Positions 63,401 to 64,000 of a stretch of 64,000 nt of DNA are shown piece after piece. A program made the translations under genes and the position numbers. Below the pieces are notes generated by a model. It was not told the DNA's origin. It made no database searches and was given only the letters and a program-made list of their open reading frames with translations. Each line of letters opens with the position of its first letter. The first letter of the stretch is position 1. Where the stretch lies: the NCBI GenBank assembly GCA_965178125.1, contig OZ237739.1, positions 744,001 to 808,000 of the forward strand, read 5' to 3'. Origin of the DNA: Bilabrum cf. latius. Taxonomy: Eukaryota.

Positions 63401-64000
63401 CCAGGTTGGCTGCATCGCCACCTCCCCCCACCAATCCAGCAGCAGCCGGGCAGCTGGTGTTGGTGAGCAGCTCCAGCGCTTGCTGGGATAGGCCAGCAGC
63501 CCGGGGCAGCTCCCCTCCGCTACTAGAGGTAGGCAAGGGCCCCGCCTCACCCACGAACGATCTCGCGGGCGGGCCGATCCCGGCCTGGTCAGCGGGATCC
63601 ATGTGTTCCCTGTACAGGCGCCTGGCCTCTCCATAGGAAGCCGCGCCCAGGTCCCTGCTCCTGGCGATCGCGAGTGCGACCGCGTCGCCGATGCCGCTCA
63701 CCTCGAAACTGCGGAACCGGGCCCGGATGGAATCCGCCGCGTACAGGCTCGGAGCTGCCGCTTGCCCCACTACCATGCCCCGCAGCAGGGGTGCCCACAC
63801 GTGCCCGGGCCTGGCCCGCTCGGCCTGCACGCCGGCCGGGTCCCTGACCTGCTCGGAGGGGGCGTCCAGCGCCGCCTCAGCCTCGTCTGCGAGCTCCAGC
63901 GGGCGAAACATCCTGGACACGGTGTCCAGGGGGCCGGCAGGGGATAGGCTGCCGTCTTCCCGGAGGCGAAGAGCGGTACCCGGCGTGCGCATCAGGGCCA
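57462..64000 (-). CDS. Fusion oxidoreductase, 5'-partial: heme-peroxidase-like + 2x DOMON + cytochrome b561 + cytochrome b5 + FNR-type FAD/NAD(P)H module
   Basis: One frame with 8 TAG (61863, 61734, 61356, 61110, 60384, 60252, 59634, 59538), TGA end. Motifs VDLIVGGLAE..GPLFRAILEEQFLALRDGDPEWYE; GMGNSD..YHG and GMFDSD..YHG; four b561 His; HPGS..HQHS; RPYT, GPYG, AAGTGVLP. Confidence 0.88.

Noticed and set aside
1-64000. Pseudogene cluster explaining the fragmented ORFs
   Set aside because: Every interruption is TAG, with no frameshifts or internal TAA/TGA, and catalytic motifs are intact.
1-64000. Pyrrolysine or programmed read-through at UAG
   Set aside because: TAGs are numerous, fall at non-catalytic positions in unrelated genes and show no shared downstream context that I can see.
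1-64000. tRNA (including a CUA suppressor) or rRNA gene
   Set aside because: No cloverleaf or rRNA signature recognised in the short intergenic regions; not excluded without tRNAscan.

Overview
Gene-dense, GC-rich eukaryotic nuclear DNA with short GT-AG introns, a BBSome gene and a nuclear complex I subunit. It is probably a flagellated protist; a bicosoecid-like stramenopile is my guess from gene style only. The main result is a non-standard genetic code. About 70 in-frame TAG codons interrupt 11 of the 15 genes without shifting frame, all 15 gene models end in TGA, and I saw no in-frame TAA. An internal protein duplication aligns one TAG with CAG, so UAG most likely means Gln. With TAG read as sense, the fragmented ORF track collapses into 15 genes. 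These include a ~6,090-aa polycystin-1-like receptor, a DUOX-like peroxidase/DOMON/b561/b5/reductase fusion, aminopeptidase N, malonyl-CoA decarboxylase, NDUFB10, BBS8 and an MFS transporter. A 7.4-kb element (8047-15471) with identical split direct repeats (Ngaro/PAT/TOC1-type layout) sits between two convergent genes. It has no recognisable RT or recombinase and instead carries a ~36-copy 130-bp tandem array.
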